A DNA stretch of 64,000 nucleotides, taken from IMG/VR virus record IMGVR_UViG_3300046522_000316, positions 64,001 through 128,000 of that record, one strand, 5' to 3'. Under the pieces are notes generated by a model that saw nothing but the letters and a program-made list of their open reading frames with translations, was not told the origin of the DNA and ran no database searches. This DNA comes from a virus (taxonomy: Duplodnaviria; Caudoviricetes). Below, in pieces: positions 28,749 through 38,024 of this stretch (position 1 is its first letter; each line of letters opens with the position of its first letter). The position numbers and the translations under genes were made by a program.

Positions 28749-29915
28749 GTGTTTAAGGATATTGCGAGCCGTATAAAAAAGGAAAGACGGTCAGTGCATA
28801 TCGAATCGCACTTAGGCCAAGTCTATGCGCAGATAATGGATAGCAACATTATCACGCCGAATGGTCGCGGGCCGGAATACCGCCCGTCCTCCTTTCCAAT
28901 TTGTCCAATCCTCGTTCACATGCAGTTTTTGCAAGCGGCGGAAAACGGATTCTATCAATCGAACATGACAGCAGGCGGCGGGTATTTCACAACCGTCGGA
29001 ACTGCTGCGCACGAAAACATTCAGTATTACATGGGGCAGACACGGAAAGTTTTCGGTGATTGGAAATGCCGGAACAGCAAGTGTCAGAAGCACCACGACG
29101 CCCGCGATCTTTACGACGAAAAAGGCGTGATGTACCGCAAAGGGAAGCTGACGACAAAAAACACCACGAACAACCTGTGCCCGGATTGCGGCATCGCTTG
29201 TGAGTATGTGGAAAAATGCATTGATTACTTCGGCCTGAAAGGTCACATCGACTGCATTTATGAAATGCCCGATGGCACGTACTGGGTTCTCGACTACAAG
29301 ACGACCACCAAAGGTCTGATGGAAGGGAACAAACTTCCGAAGCGTGAACACTTGATGCAGGTTCCGACGTACTGCTACGTGTTGGAAAAGAAATACAAAA
29401 TGAAAATCTCCGGATTCTCATTGCTGTACCTCAGTCGCGACAACCCGTATCAGTTCAAAGAGAAAGCCGAACGCTGGGGCGAGCGCCGTCGCAACGAAAC
29501 GAAAAAACTGATCATCCAGCAGAAGAAAATCTACCGGTCTGCTGTGAACAGTTTTATTCAGAACAAACCGGAACTCGCGATCAAGTGCAAACCGTGCAAA
29601 GCGCCAGACGATTACGAACGTTTGATGCCTGCGTATGAGGCGTGCCCGATGGAAAAGGTCTGCTTTAATAAACGCAGCCTGACCGACAACATGCTGCACG
29701 CACTGCAACCGGAAAAACTGATCAAAGTTCTGAACATCACCAACAACATGGAAAACTATGTTGAGCCTGAAGTGCTGTCGGTGCTGAAGAAACTTTGCGA
29801 CAAGCCGAAGAAATTGAAAAAGAAATCTAGCGCGTCTGACACCGACCTCAAACTGCCGTCGGCCAAGGCGAAAAAGAAAAAGCCTTCTAAACCTTTGAGG
29901 TTGACCAAGAAATGA
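28749..29915 (+). CDS. Cas4/RecB-like PD-(D/E)xK exonuclease with probable Fe-S cysteines
   Basis: GHID...VLDYKT...Q..TY; N-terminal CP and C-terminal CxxC...C...C. Confidence 0.8.
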   Translation: MFKDIASRIKKERRSVHIESHLGQVYAQIMDSNIITPNGRGPEYRPSSFPICPILVHMQFLQAAENGFYQSNMTAGGGYFTTVGTAAHENIQYYMGQTRKVFGDWKCRNSKCQKHHDARDLYDEKGVMYRKGKLTTKNTTNNLCPDCGIACEYVEKCIDYFGLKGHIDCIYEMPDGTYWVLDYKTTTKGLMEGNKLPKREHLMQVPTYCYVLEKKYKMKISGFSLLYLSRDNPYQFKEKAERWGERRRNETKKLIIQQKKIYRSAVNSFIQNKPELAIKCKPCKAPDDYERLMPAYEACPMEKVCFNKRSLTDNMLHALQPEKLIKVLNITNNMENYVEPEVLSVLKKLCDKPKKLKKKSSASDTDLKLPSAKAKKKKPSKPLRLTKK

Positions 29916-30619
29916 AAATCACCATTAGCGTGAAACCGAAAGTGGTTGCGACCGCTGGCACGTACAGCGCACCCGATATGGGCGCCGCCGAACAGATGCA
30001 ATACTCTGACGAAGAACTGGCCGAGCGTGACCGCGAAGAAAAAGCGCGTGAGGAAGTAGCGGCGGAAGAGGAACGGAAAAAAGCTGCCGAGAAACAGAAA
30101 AAAGACGCAGCAAAAGCTCCGCAAACTCCGAAAGAATCTGGCGAGTCCGGCACCGATGGCGACAAATCGGATGATGATTCTGAAGAGGAAGAGGACGAAG
30201 AATCTGACGACGATGATTCTGAAGACGATGATTCTGAAGACGACGACTCCGAAGAAAGCGACGATGACGACTCCGAGGATGATGATTCCGAAGAGGAAGA
30301 GGACGACGATGACGACGGCGACGAAGAGGCCACCGCAGCGAGCAAGCTGCCTTATCCGGAAGCACAAACGAATCGTAAAGTTCCTGATTTGATTCCGGCA
30401 GAAACAGCGGAAAAAGTCGTTGATCCTGAAGTGCAAAAGGAACAGGACGAAATCCGCGAAAGTGAAGCAGCGAAAAGCCGTCCGCTTTCCAAAGACGATC
30501 CGAACAACAAAGCGGCACAAGGTAAAAAGCTGGATAAAGACAACGGGAATACTTTGGTTGCTACGGCATCCTCGGAATTCGGCCTGCCTTATCCAGATGT
30601 GAAGATGCGCAATCGTTAA
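29912..30619 (+). CDS. Highly acidic, low-complexity protein
   Basis: Central DDDSE(E/D) repeats. Confidence 0.75.
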   Translation: MKITISVKPKVVATAGTYSAPDMGAAEQMQYSDEELAERDREEKAREEVAAEEERKKAAEKQKKDAAKAPQTPKESGESGTDGDKSDDDSEEEEDEESDDDDSEDDDSEDDDSEESDDDDSEDDDSEEEEDDDDDGDEEATAASKLPYPEAQTNRKVPDLIPAETAEKVVDPEVQKEQDEIRESEAAKSRPLSKDDPNNKAAQGKKLDKDNGNTLVATASSEFGLPYPDVKMRNR

Positions 30620-30627
30620 ACGAATAG

Positions 30628-30661
30628 GCCGTGATTAGGGATTCCCTTTTCGCGGCTTTTT
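30628..30661 (+). terminator. Probable terminator
   Basis: GCCGTGA...TCGCGGC stem followed by TTTTT. Confidence 0.55.
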
Positions 30662-30675
30662 CGTTTCCGGGCAAT

Positions 30676-30684
30676 ACTGTAAAT
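30676..30684 (+). promoter_or_regulatory. ACTGTAAAT motif heading the operon leading to gyrB/gyrA
   Basis: Exact motif right after a terminator. Confidence 0.7.
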
Positions 30685-30710
30685 AACAGATATACCTATA
30701 AGCTCATGGT

Positions 30711-31235
30711 GTGTGCATGCCTTACTTCACCGAATACCATTTGATTAAAGATCATTACGGCGACCGCGTAGCCGAACGCAGCGGCGTGCCACTGATGCAA
30801 CACATTGACGAAGGCCTTTTGATTCTGAATTGGTTGGGCGCAGCGGATTACATTAAGGGCGCGTACTGCCTGCATCCGCTGATTCAAAACGACAACGATT
30901 ATCGCAAAAACCTTGATGCCCTTATGTCTAACGAACGTATGGGCATTTCTGCGTTTCAGCTGGCTTTGGCCTACCGTAGACAGGCGAACGCCTACCTGTG
31001 CAAACCGGCTACTGACGATTGGACGCAGGACGAAATCAGCGAAGCGGTTGGAATCCTTTTGGAAGACATGCGCTTTATGCTGATCGCAGACAAAGTGCAG
31101 AACAAAAAAGATTTCATGCTTCACCACCACGGTTCCCATGCGCGCTCTGATCAGTTGCTGCGTTACTTCGACCAGTGGATGGAATATCTCAATTTCGATT
31201 ATGAAGTGGGCAAGGAGATTATCTATGCTGGCTGA
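30711..31235 (+). CDS. HD-domain-like (SpoT/Mesh1-fold) protein with degenerate motifs
   Basis: RSGVPLMQH...AYCLHP..Q.D...MLIADKVQN; canonical LHD appears as LHP. Confidence 0.55.
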   Translation: MCMPYFTEYHLIKDHYGDRVAERSGVPLMQHIDEGLLILNWLGAADYIKGAYCLHPLIQNDNDYRKNLDALMSNERMGISAFQLALAYRRQANAYLCKPATDDWTQDEISEAVGILLEDMRFMLIADKVQNKKDFMLHHHGSHARSDQLLRYFDQWMEYLNFDYEVGKEIIYAG

Positions 31236-31602
31236 TTTGATTAGCGGTGACGATTTGCTGGGCAACAATCACACCCGCCGCAAATTCCAAAGCACGGTCG
31301 CAGAATTCAAACGCGACGAACGCAAAGCAACGGTTTCCGGTTTTCATTTCCACCACCACCACGTCGTTGAACTGCACGGCGGGCGCTGGCTGATCTGCGT
31401 TAAAAACGAAGCCGGTGAAGCCTTGCTTTTCGAAGCAGAAGCAGACGGCACGAAACAGGTTGTGTTGGCCGATGGTAATTACACAGATTATCAGGGCATG
31501 TTGAACGAAGCGCGGGCGCATCTGCGTTGCCACATTGCTGCAAAGGCCACACGCAAACGTGCAGCAGCCGAGCGGAAACCCCGAGTAAAGAAAAATGCGT
31601 AA
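31225..31602 (+). CDS. Hypothetical protein
   Basis: ATG at 31225 with an AAGGAG RBS. Confidence 0.7.
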   Translation: MLADLISGDDLLGNNHTRRKFQSTVAEFKRDERKATVSGFHFHHHHVVELHGGRWLICVKNEAGEALLFEAEADGTKQVVLADGNYTDYQGMLNEARAHLRCHIAAKATRKRAAAERKPRVKKNA

Positions 31603-32035
31603 GCCCGGAAAGTTGCGTTGGTATCAGGCGACGTATCTAGGAAGCGATGATGTTTTTGAGGTTCATCGTTTCCCTGCTGAAAAAGATCCGCAGCGCAGCC
31701 CGTACCCGGCCATCACCAGCATGAACTGGTTTCGGGAACGTGAATACACGGAAAACATTTTCGTGGATATCGAACCGCTGCTGTGCGTGCTGAAAATGGA
31801 AGCTGTGCGAAAAGTCCGTGCGCCTGACTACGTGTATTCGTACCATGCTGATCCGCATTTCTTTCACGAATCTTTGTGGGCGTTTTATGATGCCATCGGC
31901 TACGACCGCAAGAAAAAGAAATGGGGCGTTCGTCCGATCCCCGGCCCTGCACTGACGCCAGCACAGCTGGATGAAATCTGCACCAATTTGGATGCTGATT
32001 ATGCAAACTATCCTGAAATCCCCGTGCGGTCGTGA
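31595..32035 (+). CDS. Hypothetical protein
   Basis: Coupled ORF. Confidence 0.7.
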   Translation: MRKPGKLRWYQATYLGSDDVFEVHRFPAEKDPQRSPYPAITSMNWFREREYTENIFVDIEPLLCVLKMEAVRKVRAPDYVYSYHADPHFFHESLWAFYDAIGYDRKKKKWGVRPIPGPALTPAQLDEICTNLDADYANYPEIPVRS

Positions 32036-32279
32036 CTTTGAAATTGCGCCGAAATCCCGCGAGCAATTTAACAAAGAATATATCGACGCCACCGAAATAG
32101 AGCGCGAAAAGCTGTCGCCCAACGCCCCGGCGTTCCACGCGATGACTGTAGCGCCACGCTCCGCTTACGACCATTACAAAAGCTCGAACAATTATCACGA
32201 ATGGAAAGACTTCAGCGTCGAGTGGCTGAACGTTTGCCAAATCGTGATCATCGGTTCCGAAGAAGAATTTCTCAATTAG
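31971..32279 (+). CDS. Hypothetical protein (start probably the internal Met at 32001)
   Basis: Fills the gap before the topoisomerase gene. Confidence 0.55.
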   Translation: MKSAPIWMLIMQTILKSPCGRDFEIAPKSREQFNKEYIDATEIEREKLSPNAPAFHAMTVAPRSAYDHYKSSNNYHEWKDFSVEWLNVCQIVIIGSEEEFLN

Positions 32280-32292
32280 GTAGCAATCCCCA

Positions 32293-34398
32293 ATGGCTGA
32301 AAAGAAAGTGAAACCCAAGGCGAAGGCTGATCCAGCCGTCGAAGGGAAAAAGCTCAAGAAAACGAAAGTCGCTGAAGGCGTGGAAAAAACCACCAAAAAG
32401 AAATCAGCATCGCAGGAAGATTTCACGATCCACGAAGGGCTGGCCGGTATCCGTGCGAAACCTTCCATGTACCTTGGCGAGCAAGGCGCACCGATGGCGT
32501 ACCGCTGCCTGAAAGAAGGCGTGGATAACTGCTACGACGAACACATTGCCGGTCGCAACAAAGTAATCGAAGTTATTCTGGATTACGACACCGGTTGTTA
32601 CATCGTGGCCGACCAAGCGGGCGGCATTCCTACCGATTTCATGAAGCTGAAATCTGGTGAGAAAATTTCGATCATGACTGCCGCGTATACCAAAACGCAC
32701 GCAGGCGCAAAATTCAACGACAAGGCCTACAAAACTTCGGCAGGTACTCACGGTATCGGTATGTCCGCAGTTAACGCCGTGTCTGAGCGCATGCGTGTGT
32801 GGACAACGTACAACGGCAAGCTGGCGACACAAACGTACAGCAAAGGCGAAATCGTTCCGGGGCCGAAAAAAGATTTGCATCCGTACATCGTCAAGGCGGT
32901 GGACAAGGATGTAATGGGCCACCTGAAAGACAAGCTGCAAAAATACGGAACGATTGTCGCAATCGAACTGGATCAGACCGTCGTTTCTATCAACGCGAAA
33001 GCCGGTAAACTTCCGAAGACTTTCGAAGCGGCAGAACCGAACGCAACTGAAGTTGGCGTGTGGCTGAACAACGTCGCGATGCTCAACCCCGGTCTGGAAA
33101 TTCGTTTCTCCACGATCCGCAAGGGCAAGCGCAAAGACGAACTTTTCCTGAACAAAAAGGATTTGGCGTTCGTACCGAAAAACATGTGCGAATTGCGCGA
33201 CCTCACACCGCAGGGCAAGACGTTCATTTTCAAAAGCGACAACATCACTTGCGCGCTGGTTTGGTCTGACCACACCGACGCCGATAACTTCCTGACATTC
33301 GTGAACACTTCGCCAACCGTAGACGGTGGCTGGCACGTAACGGGTTTCACCGCTGCACTTTCCAAAGCCGTGAAAAAACACGTGCCGGAAAAGAAACCAG
33401 CGAAAGGAAAAGGCAAGTCGCAAGGTTACACCGGTTCCGACCTGCTGATCGGCCTGACGGGCATGTTCGACTGGCGTATGCACGGCGCTGCGTACACGTC
33501 GCAGGTAAAAGACAAACTCAGTTCGAAAGTGGACAAAGAAGTCGAAGACATTATGTTCCCGGCTTTCGATAAATACTTCACGGATAACCCGAAGGTCGCG
33601 AAAGACATTATCAAGCGCGCCTTGATCATGAACAAAGGCCGTGAAGAATTGGCCGCTGTCGTGAAATCCATGGCCGACGTGAAGAAACAAGGCAAGGGCA
33701 CACTGCCTGTCAAACTCGCACAGTCGCCACACTGCAAAGCGTGGGAACGTGAATTGTTTGTGGTGGAAGGGGATTCTGCAAAAGGCCCATCGGTTGACGC
33801 CCGCGACACGCACTATCAGGAAGTTTTGGCAGCTGGTGGTAAACCACTCAACGCCCTGAAAGCACCGATTGCGAAAATCATCACGCACAAAGATATTTCG
33901 GCATTCCTGATTGCCATCGGCGTTGATTTGAAATCGCTTGACCCGAAAGCAGAACGCCCGAAACTCAGCACCGAAAAATTGCGGATCAAATCCGTTCTGT
34001 TGCTGGTTGACCCTGACCCGGACGGCGGTCACATTGCGGTTCTTTATCTGGCCGTGATTTATCGTTTGCTTCCGGATCTGTTCAAAGAAGGCCGCGTGTT
34101 CTGCGTACAGGCGCCGCTTTATGCCGCGCTGGATTCGAAAGGTGCGCTTTACGGTGGTATGACCCACGCCGAGTGCCGTGGTGCTGCGCCGAAATCTGTA
34201 AAGGATCAGGACATTGTGCGTATCAAAGGTTGGGGGGAAGTTGGCCCGGAATATATCGGCCCGATTGCTTTCGATCCAAAATATCGCAAGCTGATTCAAA
34301 TCAACCCGTTCGCATCTGCTGCTGATGAACAGTGGTTCCGCGCCGTGGTTTCTGAAGACGCTGTGAACCGCCGTAAACTTCTCGGCCTTGAGGATTAA
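32293..34398 (+). CDS. gyrB: Type IIA topoisomerase B subunit (GyrB/ParE-like)
   Basis: GHKL ATPase motifs EGVDN and GTHGIGMSAVNA; TOPRIM VEGDSA and DPDPDGGHI. Confidence 0.93.
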   Translation: MAEKKVKPKAKADPAVEGKKLKKTKVAEGVEKTTKKKSASQEDFTIHEGLAGIRAKPSMYLGEQGAPMAYRCLKEGVDNCYDEHIAGRNKVIEVILDYDTGCYIVADQAGGIPTDFMKLKSGEKISIMTAAYTKTHAGAKFNDKAYKTSAGTHGIGMSAVNAVSERMRVWTTYNGKLATQTYSKGEIVPGPKKDLHPYIVKAVDKDVMGHLKDKLQKYGTIVAIELDQTVVSINAKAGKLPKTFEAAEPNATEVGVWLNNVAMLNPGLEIRFSTIRKGKRKDELFLNKKDLAFVPKNMCELRDLTPQGKTFIFKSDNITCALVWSDHTDADNFLTFVNTSPTVDGGWHVTGFTAALSKAVKKHVPEKKPAKGKGKSQGYTGSDLLIGLTGMFDWRMHGAAYTSQVKDKLSSKVDKEVEDIMFPAFDKYFTDNPKVAKDIIKRALIMNKGREELAAVVKSMADVKKQGKGTLPVKLAQSPHCKAWERELFVVEGDSAKGPSVDARDTHYQEVLAAGGKPLNALKAPIAKIITHKDISAFLIAIGVDLKSLDPKAERPKLSTEKLRIKSVLLLVDPDPDGGHIAVLYLAVIYRLLPDLFKEGRVFCVQAPLYAALDSKGALYGGMTHAECRGAAPKSVKDQDIVRIKGWGEVGPEYIGPIAFDPKYRKLIQINPFASAADEQWFRAVVSEDAVNRRKLLGLED

Positions 34399-34401
34399 AA
34401 A

Positions 34402-34704
34402 ATGCAAACCGAAATTACTTTGCAGCGCCTGCAACAAATGGTTGTGGACGCGCAACGCAACATCGAACAAAACCTGATGCCAGAAGTACGCATGCGCAGC
34501 ACTGACCCACGCGGCCCGCTGCCATCGTTCCCGAACCACACCGCAAGCGCCTGTCTGGAATCGCTGGAAAAACTCGCAGAGATTCACAAAGGCTACGTGA
34601 AATTCCTCGAAGAAAATCACGTGATGTTTGGCGAAGAACAGTGGAAACGCCTCGAAGCCGCGATGGATGAACTCGGCCTCGAATACCCGGAGGCGCAAGC
34701 TTAA
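34402..34704 (+). CDS. Hypothetical protein between the topoisomerase subunits
   Basis: 100-aa ORF, tightly spaced. Confidence 0.7.
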   Translation: MQTEITLQRLQQMVVDAQRNIEQNLMPEVRMRSTDPRGPLPSFPNHTASACLESLEKLAEIHKGYVKFLEENHVMFGEEQWKRLEAAMDELGLEYPEAQA

Positions 34705-36297
34705 ATGGCAAAGGTGAAAACGAAAGAAGTAGCGAAGGTTAAAAAATCTTCGCTCACGAAAATGAGCAAGACGGAAGTAGCGAAATCGCCGGTGATTAAA
34801 TTCGTCACCGTCGCACGCGAAACCAAAATGCAAACCATCAACGAATTTTCTGATGGCGCCCTGCATATCTACGGTTCCTACGTGGTGGAAGATCGGGCCG
34901 TTCCCGACTTCCGCGATGGTCTGAAACCAGTTCACCGCGCCGTGTTGTGGGCACTCGATGGCCTCGGCCTGCATCACCACAAAGGTTTCAAGAAATCGGC
35001 GCGTACAGTCGGTGACGCAATCGGTAAATATCACCCGCACGGTGACAGCGCTTGTTATGGCGCAATGGTGACGATTGCAAATAGCAACCCGCCGCTGGTG
35101 TGGGGCCAAGGTGGCTGGGGCAAACCGGATGGCACGACCGCATCCGCATATCGTTACACCGAAGCGAAGAAATCGAAATTTGCTGATACCTTTTTGCTCG
35201 ATCAGCAATATCTGAAAGTTGTTCCGATGGAAAACAACTTTTCGAACGATGAAAAACTTCCGCTGTATCTGCCTGCGCTGCTGCCTACGCTTTTGTTCCT
35301 CACATCGACGCCGCCCCCGGCCTACGGTGTGAAAGTCGGCAACCCTGCGTTCTCGGTCGCCACGGTTTCGAAAGTCGTGGTCGATATGCTCAACGGCAAA
35401 ACGTACACCGCGAAGAAATTGGCGGAAACGTTGAAAATTGTTCACCCGTTCGGCTGCATCGACGTTTCGTCTGACGCGGCAATCGAAGACCTCATGGCGA
35501 CCGGTAAAGGTTCCGTGCAGTACATGCCGCTGATTGATTACGATATCGAAAAGCGCATCATTCGAATTCGTTCGTTCTGTCCGGGCACGCTGACCGGCGA
35601 AGAGGGTTTGGACAAAGCTCTGCAAAAGCTGGCGAATATCGACGGCGTGAAAAACGCGTCGAATACTTCCGGCAAAAAGAACAAACACGCTGGCCCATAC
35701 GGCGCGCATCTGGAAGTAGCTTGTCCGAAAAACATGGACGAAGAATCTTTCGATGAAGTATGCGCGAAAGTAGACAAAGCGGTGAAAAGTTCCGTCGCTT
35801 ATCGACTGGGTATCACGATCCGGAAATCCGGTGAAGAAACCAACCGCTTCAAATACGTGAACTACGTCGAATATTTCACGGCGTGGATCAAGTACCGGGT
35901 CAAGCTCGAAGAACGCCTGATCGACTTCCTGCTGGCGAAGGCTGCGCGTGAATTGCACTTGAACGAAGTGTATTTGTACGCGGTGCAGAATCGTGAAAAA
36001 TTGCTGAAAGCGTTGCCGAAAGTTCTGGCGTCGAAAACCCCGGCTGAAGTGCTGGCGAAGACTCTGAAAATGCCGGTGCCTGATGCGGAAATCATCCTTG
36101 AACGGAAAGTGCGCCAATTGGCAGCGCTGGAAGAATCCGATCTGAAGGCCAAGATCAAAAACATCAAGGGCGAAATCAAGGATTTGAAATCCGACCAGAA
36201 AGAACCGGGCAAGCGTGCTGCGCGTGACACAACCGAGCGCGTGAAAAACTACCTGAAGAAACCTGACCCGACTGTTTCGGGCATCAAGGTTGAGTGA
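34705..36297 (+). CDS. gyrA: Type IIA topoisomerase A subunit (GyrA/ParC-like) lacking the C-terminal pinwheel
   Basis: RAVPDFRDGLKPVHR, YHPHGD and catalytic RYTE. Confidence 0.93.
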   Translation: MAKVKTKEVAKVKKSSLTKMSKTEVAKSPVIKFVTVARETKMQTINEFSDGALHIYGSYVVEDRAVPDFRDGLKPVHRAVLWALDGLGLHHHKGFKKSARTVGDAIGKYHPHGDSACYGAMVTIANSNPPLVWGQGGWGKPDGTTASAYRYTEAKKSKFADTFLLDQQYLKVVPMENNFSNDEKLPLYLPALLPTLLFLTSTPPPAYGVKVGNPAFSVATVSKVVVDMLNGKTYTAKKLAETLKIVHPFGCIDVSSDAAIEDLMATGKGSVQYMPLIDYDIEKRIIRIRSFCPGTLTGEEGLDKALQKLANIDGVKNASNTSGKKNKHAGPYGAHLEVACPKNMDEESFDEVCAKVDKAVKSSVAYRLGITIRKSGEETNRFKYVNYVEYFTAWIKYRVKLEERLIDFLLAKAARELHLNEVYLYAVQNREKLLKALPKVLASKTPAEVLAKTLKMPVPDAEIILERKVRQLAALEESDLKAKIKNIKGEIKDLKSDQKEPGKRAARDTTERVKNYLKKPDPTVSGIKVE

Positions 36298-36304
36298 GGT
36301 CAAC

Positions 36305-36820
36305 ATGAGCAAAGAAAAAATCTACGTGCATGATTCGTCGATTGATTTCAACCTGATCGTGTACTGTTTCATGCGTGCGTATCACCTGCCGCAAATCGAA
36401 GGGCAGGAATTCCCGTTGAAAGATACGTGGTTCGCAATTCCTGCTGTGAAGCACGGCCCGATTGTCAGTCTGGTGAATCCGAATATCGAACTGACGGCGC
36501 TGATGATGATCGACGAAGAGGGCCGCGTGGTGAAAGCTGCGCGGGTAAACCCCAACATCGCGCCAACCCTGAGCGAATTCGAACTGAACGAAATTCGCAA
36601 AGAAATGTTCGACATTCCGATGTGGGAAAAGACGCAGCAGAAATCTTTCCCTTACGACACGATGTTCGACAAAGCTTTGGTGGCGACTCGCTTCAAAGAA
36701 TCCGGCGCTACACAAGCGACCGCGATGAACATTGATTCGAGCAACATCACCTATCAAGAAATTCGCAAGAAAGTGCAGCCGCGTCCGTGTACGACGTGTG
36801 GCGGGAGCAAGAAACGATGA
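36305..36820 (+). CDS. Hypothetical protein with a C-terminal CxxC
   Basis: ATG at 36305 with a GAGG RBS. Confidence 0.7.
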   Translation: MSKEKIYVHDSSIDFNLIVYCFMRAYHLPQIEGQEFPLKDTWFAIPAVKHGPIVSLVNPNIELTALMMIDEEGRVVKAARVNPNIAPTLSEFELNEIRKEMFDIPMWEKTQQKSFPYDTMFDKALVATRFKESGATQATAMNIDSSNITYQEIRKKVQPRPCTTCGGSKKR

Positions 36821-37299
36821 ACACCGATTTCAACCCGGCTTCGAATTTGTACGATGAACTACGCCGGGTTTTGGGGATTGCAGCCGATCAAGAAATTCCG
36901 TTCGCTGCAATCCGTGAACGTTTCGCGAAAAAGAACGTGCCTGAATTGCCGGTGGCCTATATCGCACTGGCACTTCAAACGTATCCGAGCATGTATCAAG
37001 ACGGGATGATTTCGCCGGGCCAAGCGGACGCGATGTTTGCGCAAGGCTCTGCGATTTCGAATTACATCGACAACGTTCTGTCACAGGAACATCCGATGGA
37101 TAAACGTTTCCTGTTGCGCTACATGGAACAGGTCTGCATGCAGCTGGGCAACACCCGGCAAACAAGCGTCGGGTTCGGCCACGTAATCGTTTATAATCGC
37201 GAACCGTTTGTTGGTGAAGGATTCGAAACGTTCGACAATTCCCTGTACGTTCCGCCGCTGACCGGGTACTGGGCAATCGTCAAGCGAAAGGAAAACTAA
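36817..37299 (+). CDS. Hypothetical protein
   Basis: ATGA overlap with the upstream gene. Confidence 0.7.
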   Translation: MNTDFNPASNLYDELRRVLGIAADQEIPFAAIRERFAKKNVPELPVAYIALALQTYPSMYQDGMISPGQADAMFAQGSAISNYIDNVLSQEHPMDKRFLLRYMEQVCMQLGNTRQTSVGFGHVIVYNREPFVGEGFETFDNSLYVPPLTGYWAIVKRKEN

Positions 37300-37345
37300 A
37301 CTGTAAATATATGGCAGGACAACGAATAATTGACTGCCATATTCC

Positions 37346-37615
37346 GTGAGGTGTGCGGTGAATACATACAGCTTGCGTCGATTGCTGGTTCAAGTAGAAC
37401 TCGCCATGGAAATGGGAAAAGCTTACGGCGAATCCGAAGAGGTAATCGCGGATAAAATGCGACACGCCGCGAAGTGTTCCATTGTGAACGGCCATATCCC
37501 ACGCGAAACGTTTGCTTATGCAGAAATGTTTATGCAGGCCAGTGACCCGGCTGCGTGTTTGCGTGGTGCCCGCCGATTGTTTAATCCGAATCCGTTTTAC
37601 GCGGGCCTCGTATGA
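37346..37615 (+). CDS. Hypothetical protein
   Basis: ORF downstream of an ACTGTAAAT motif. Confidence 0.6.
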   Translation: MRCAVNTYSLRRLLVQVELAMEMGKAYGESEEVIADKMRHAAKCSIVNGHIPRETFAYAEMFMQASDPAACLRGARRLFNPNPFYAGLV

Positions 37616-38022
37616 AAATCATTCTGGCGACGGTTAATCGAGTTCGTAAAGGGGAAACCTTTTTGGAATCGGTGAACATGGAAGGCCCCGGCGCACAGCC
37701 TTTGTTGATCCAGCTGTTTCAGGATCGCGGCCACATGCTGATCACACACCACAAAGGGAAAACTGTTTTTCATAATTCAGAACTACTCGACGTTATGCCC
37801 GAGGTTGCCGACCGCGTACCGAAAGGGAAAGCCGCTGTCGGTTCTGTCGGAACGCACACGTTTGTTGTGGTGCCTTACGCAAAAGAACGGTTGGTTACTG
37901 CGTTAATTCGCAGCGCCCGCGCCTTCCGTATGGTGCGCAAGCCTGTACGGATAATCGACAACGTTGGCGACTTGCTGAATACACACGCGGAATTGCCAAG
38001 CGATCCCCGCTTCAAGGATTAA
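37612..38022 (+). CDS. Hypothetical protein
   Basis: Coupled ORF. Confidence 0.65.
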   Translation: MKIILATVNRVRKGETFLESVNMEGPGAQPLLIQLFQDRGHMLITHHKGKTVFHNSELLDVMPEVADRVPKGKAAVGSVGTHTFVVVPYAKERLVTALIRSARAFRMVRKPVRIIDNVGDLLNTHAELPSDPRFKD

Positions 38023-38024
38023 CC

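Noticed and set aside
32404-36312. 1302-aa ORF on the - strand
   Set aside because: Antisense shadow of gyrB/gyrA caused by codon bias; no motifs, and the + strand genes are unambiguous
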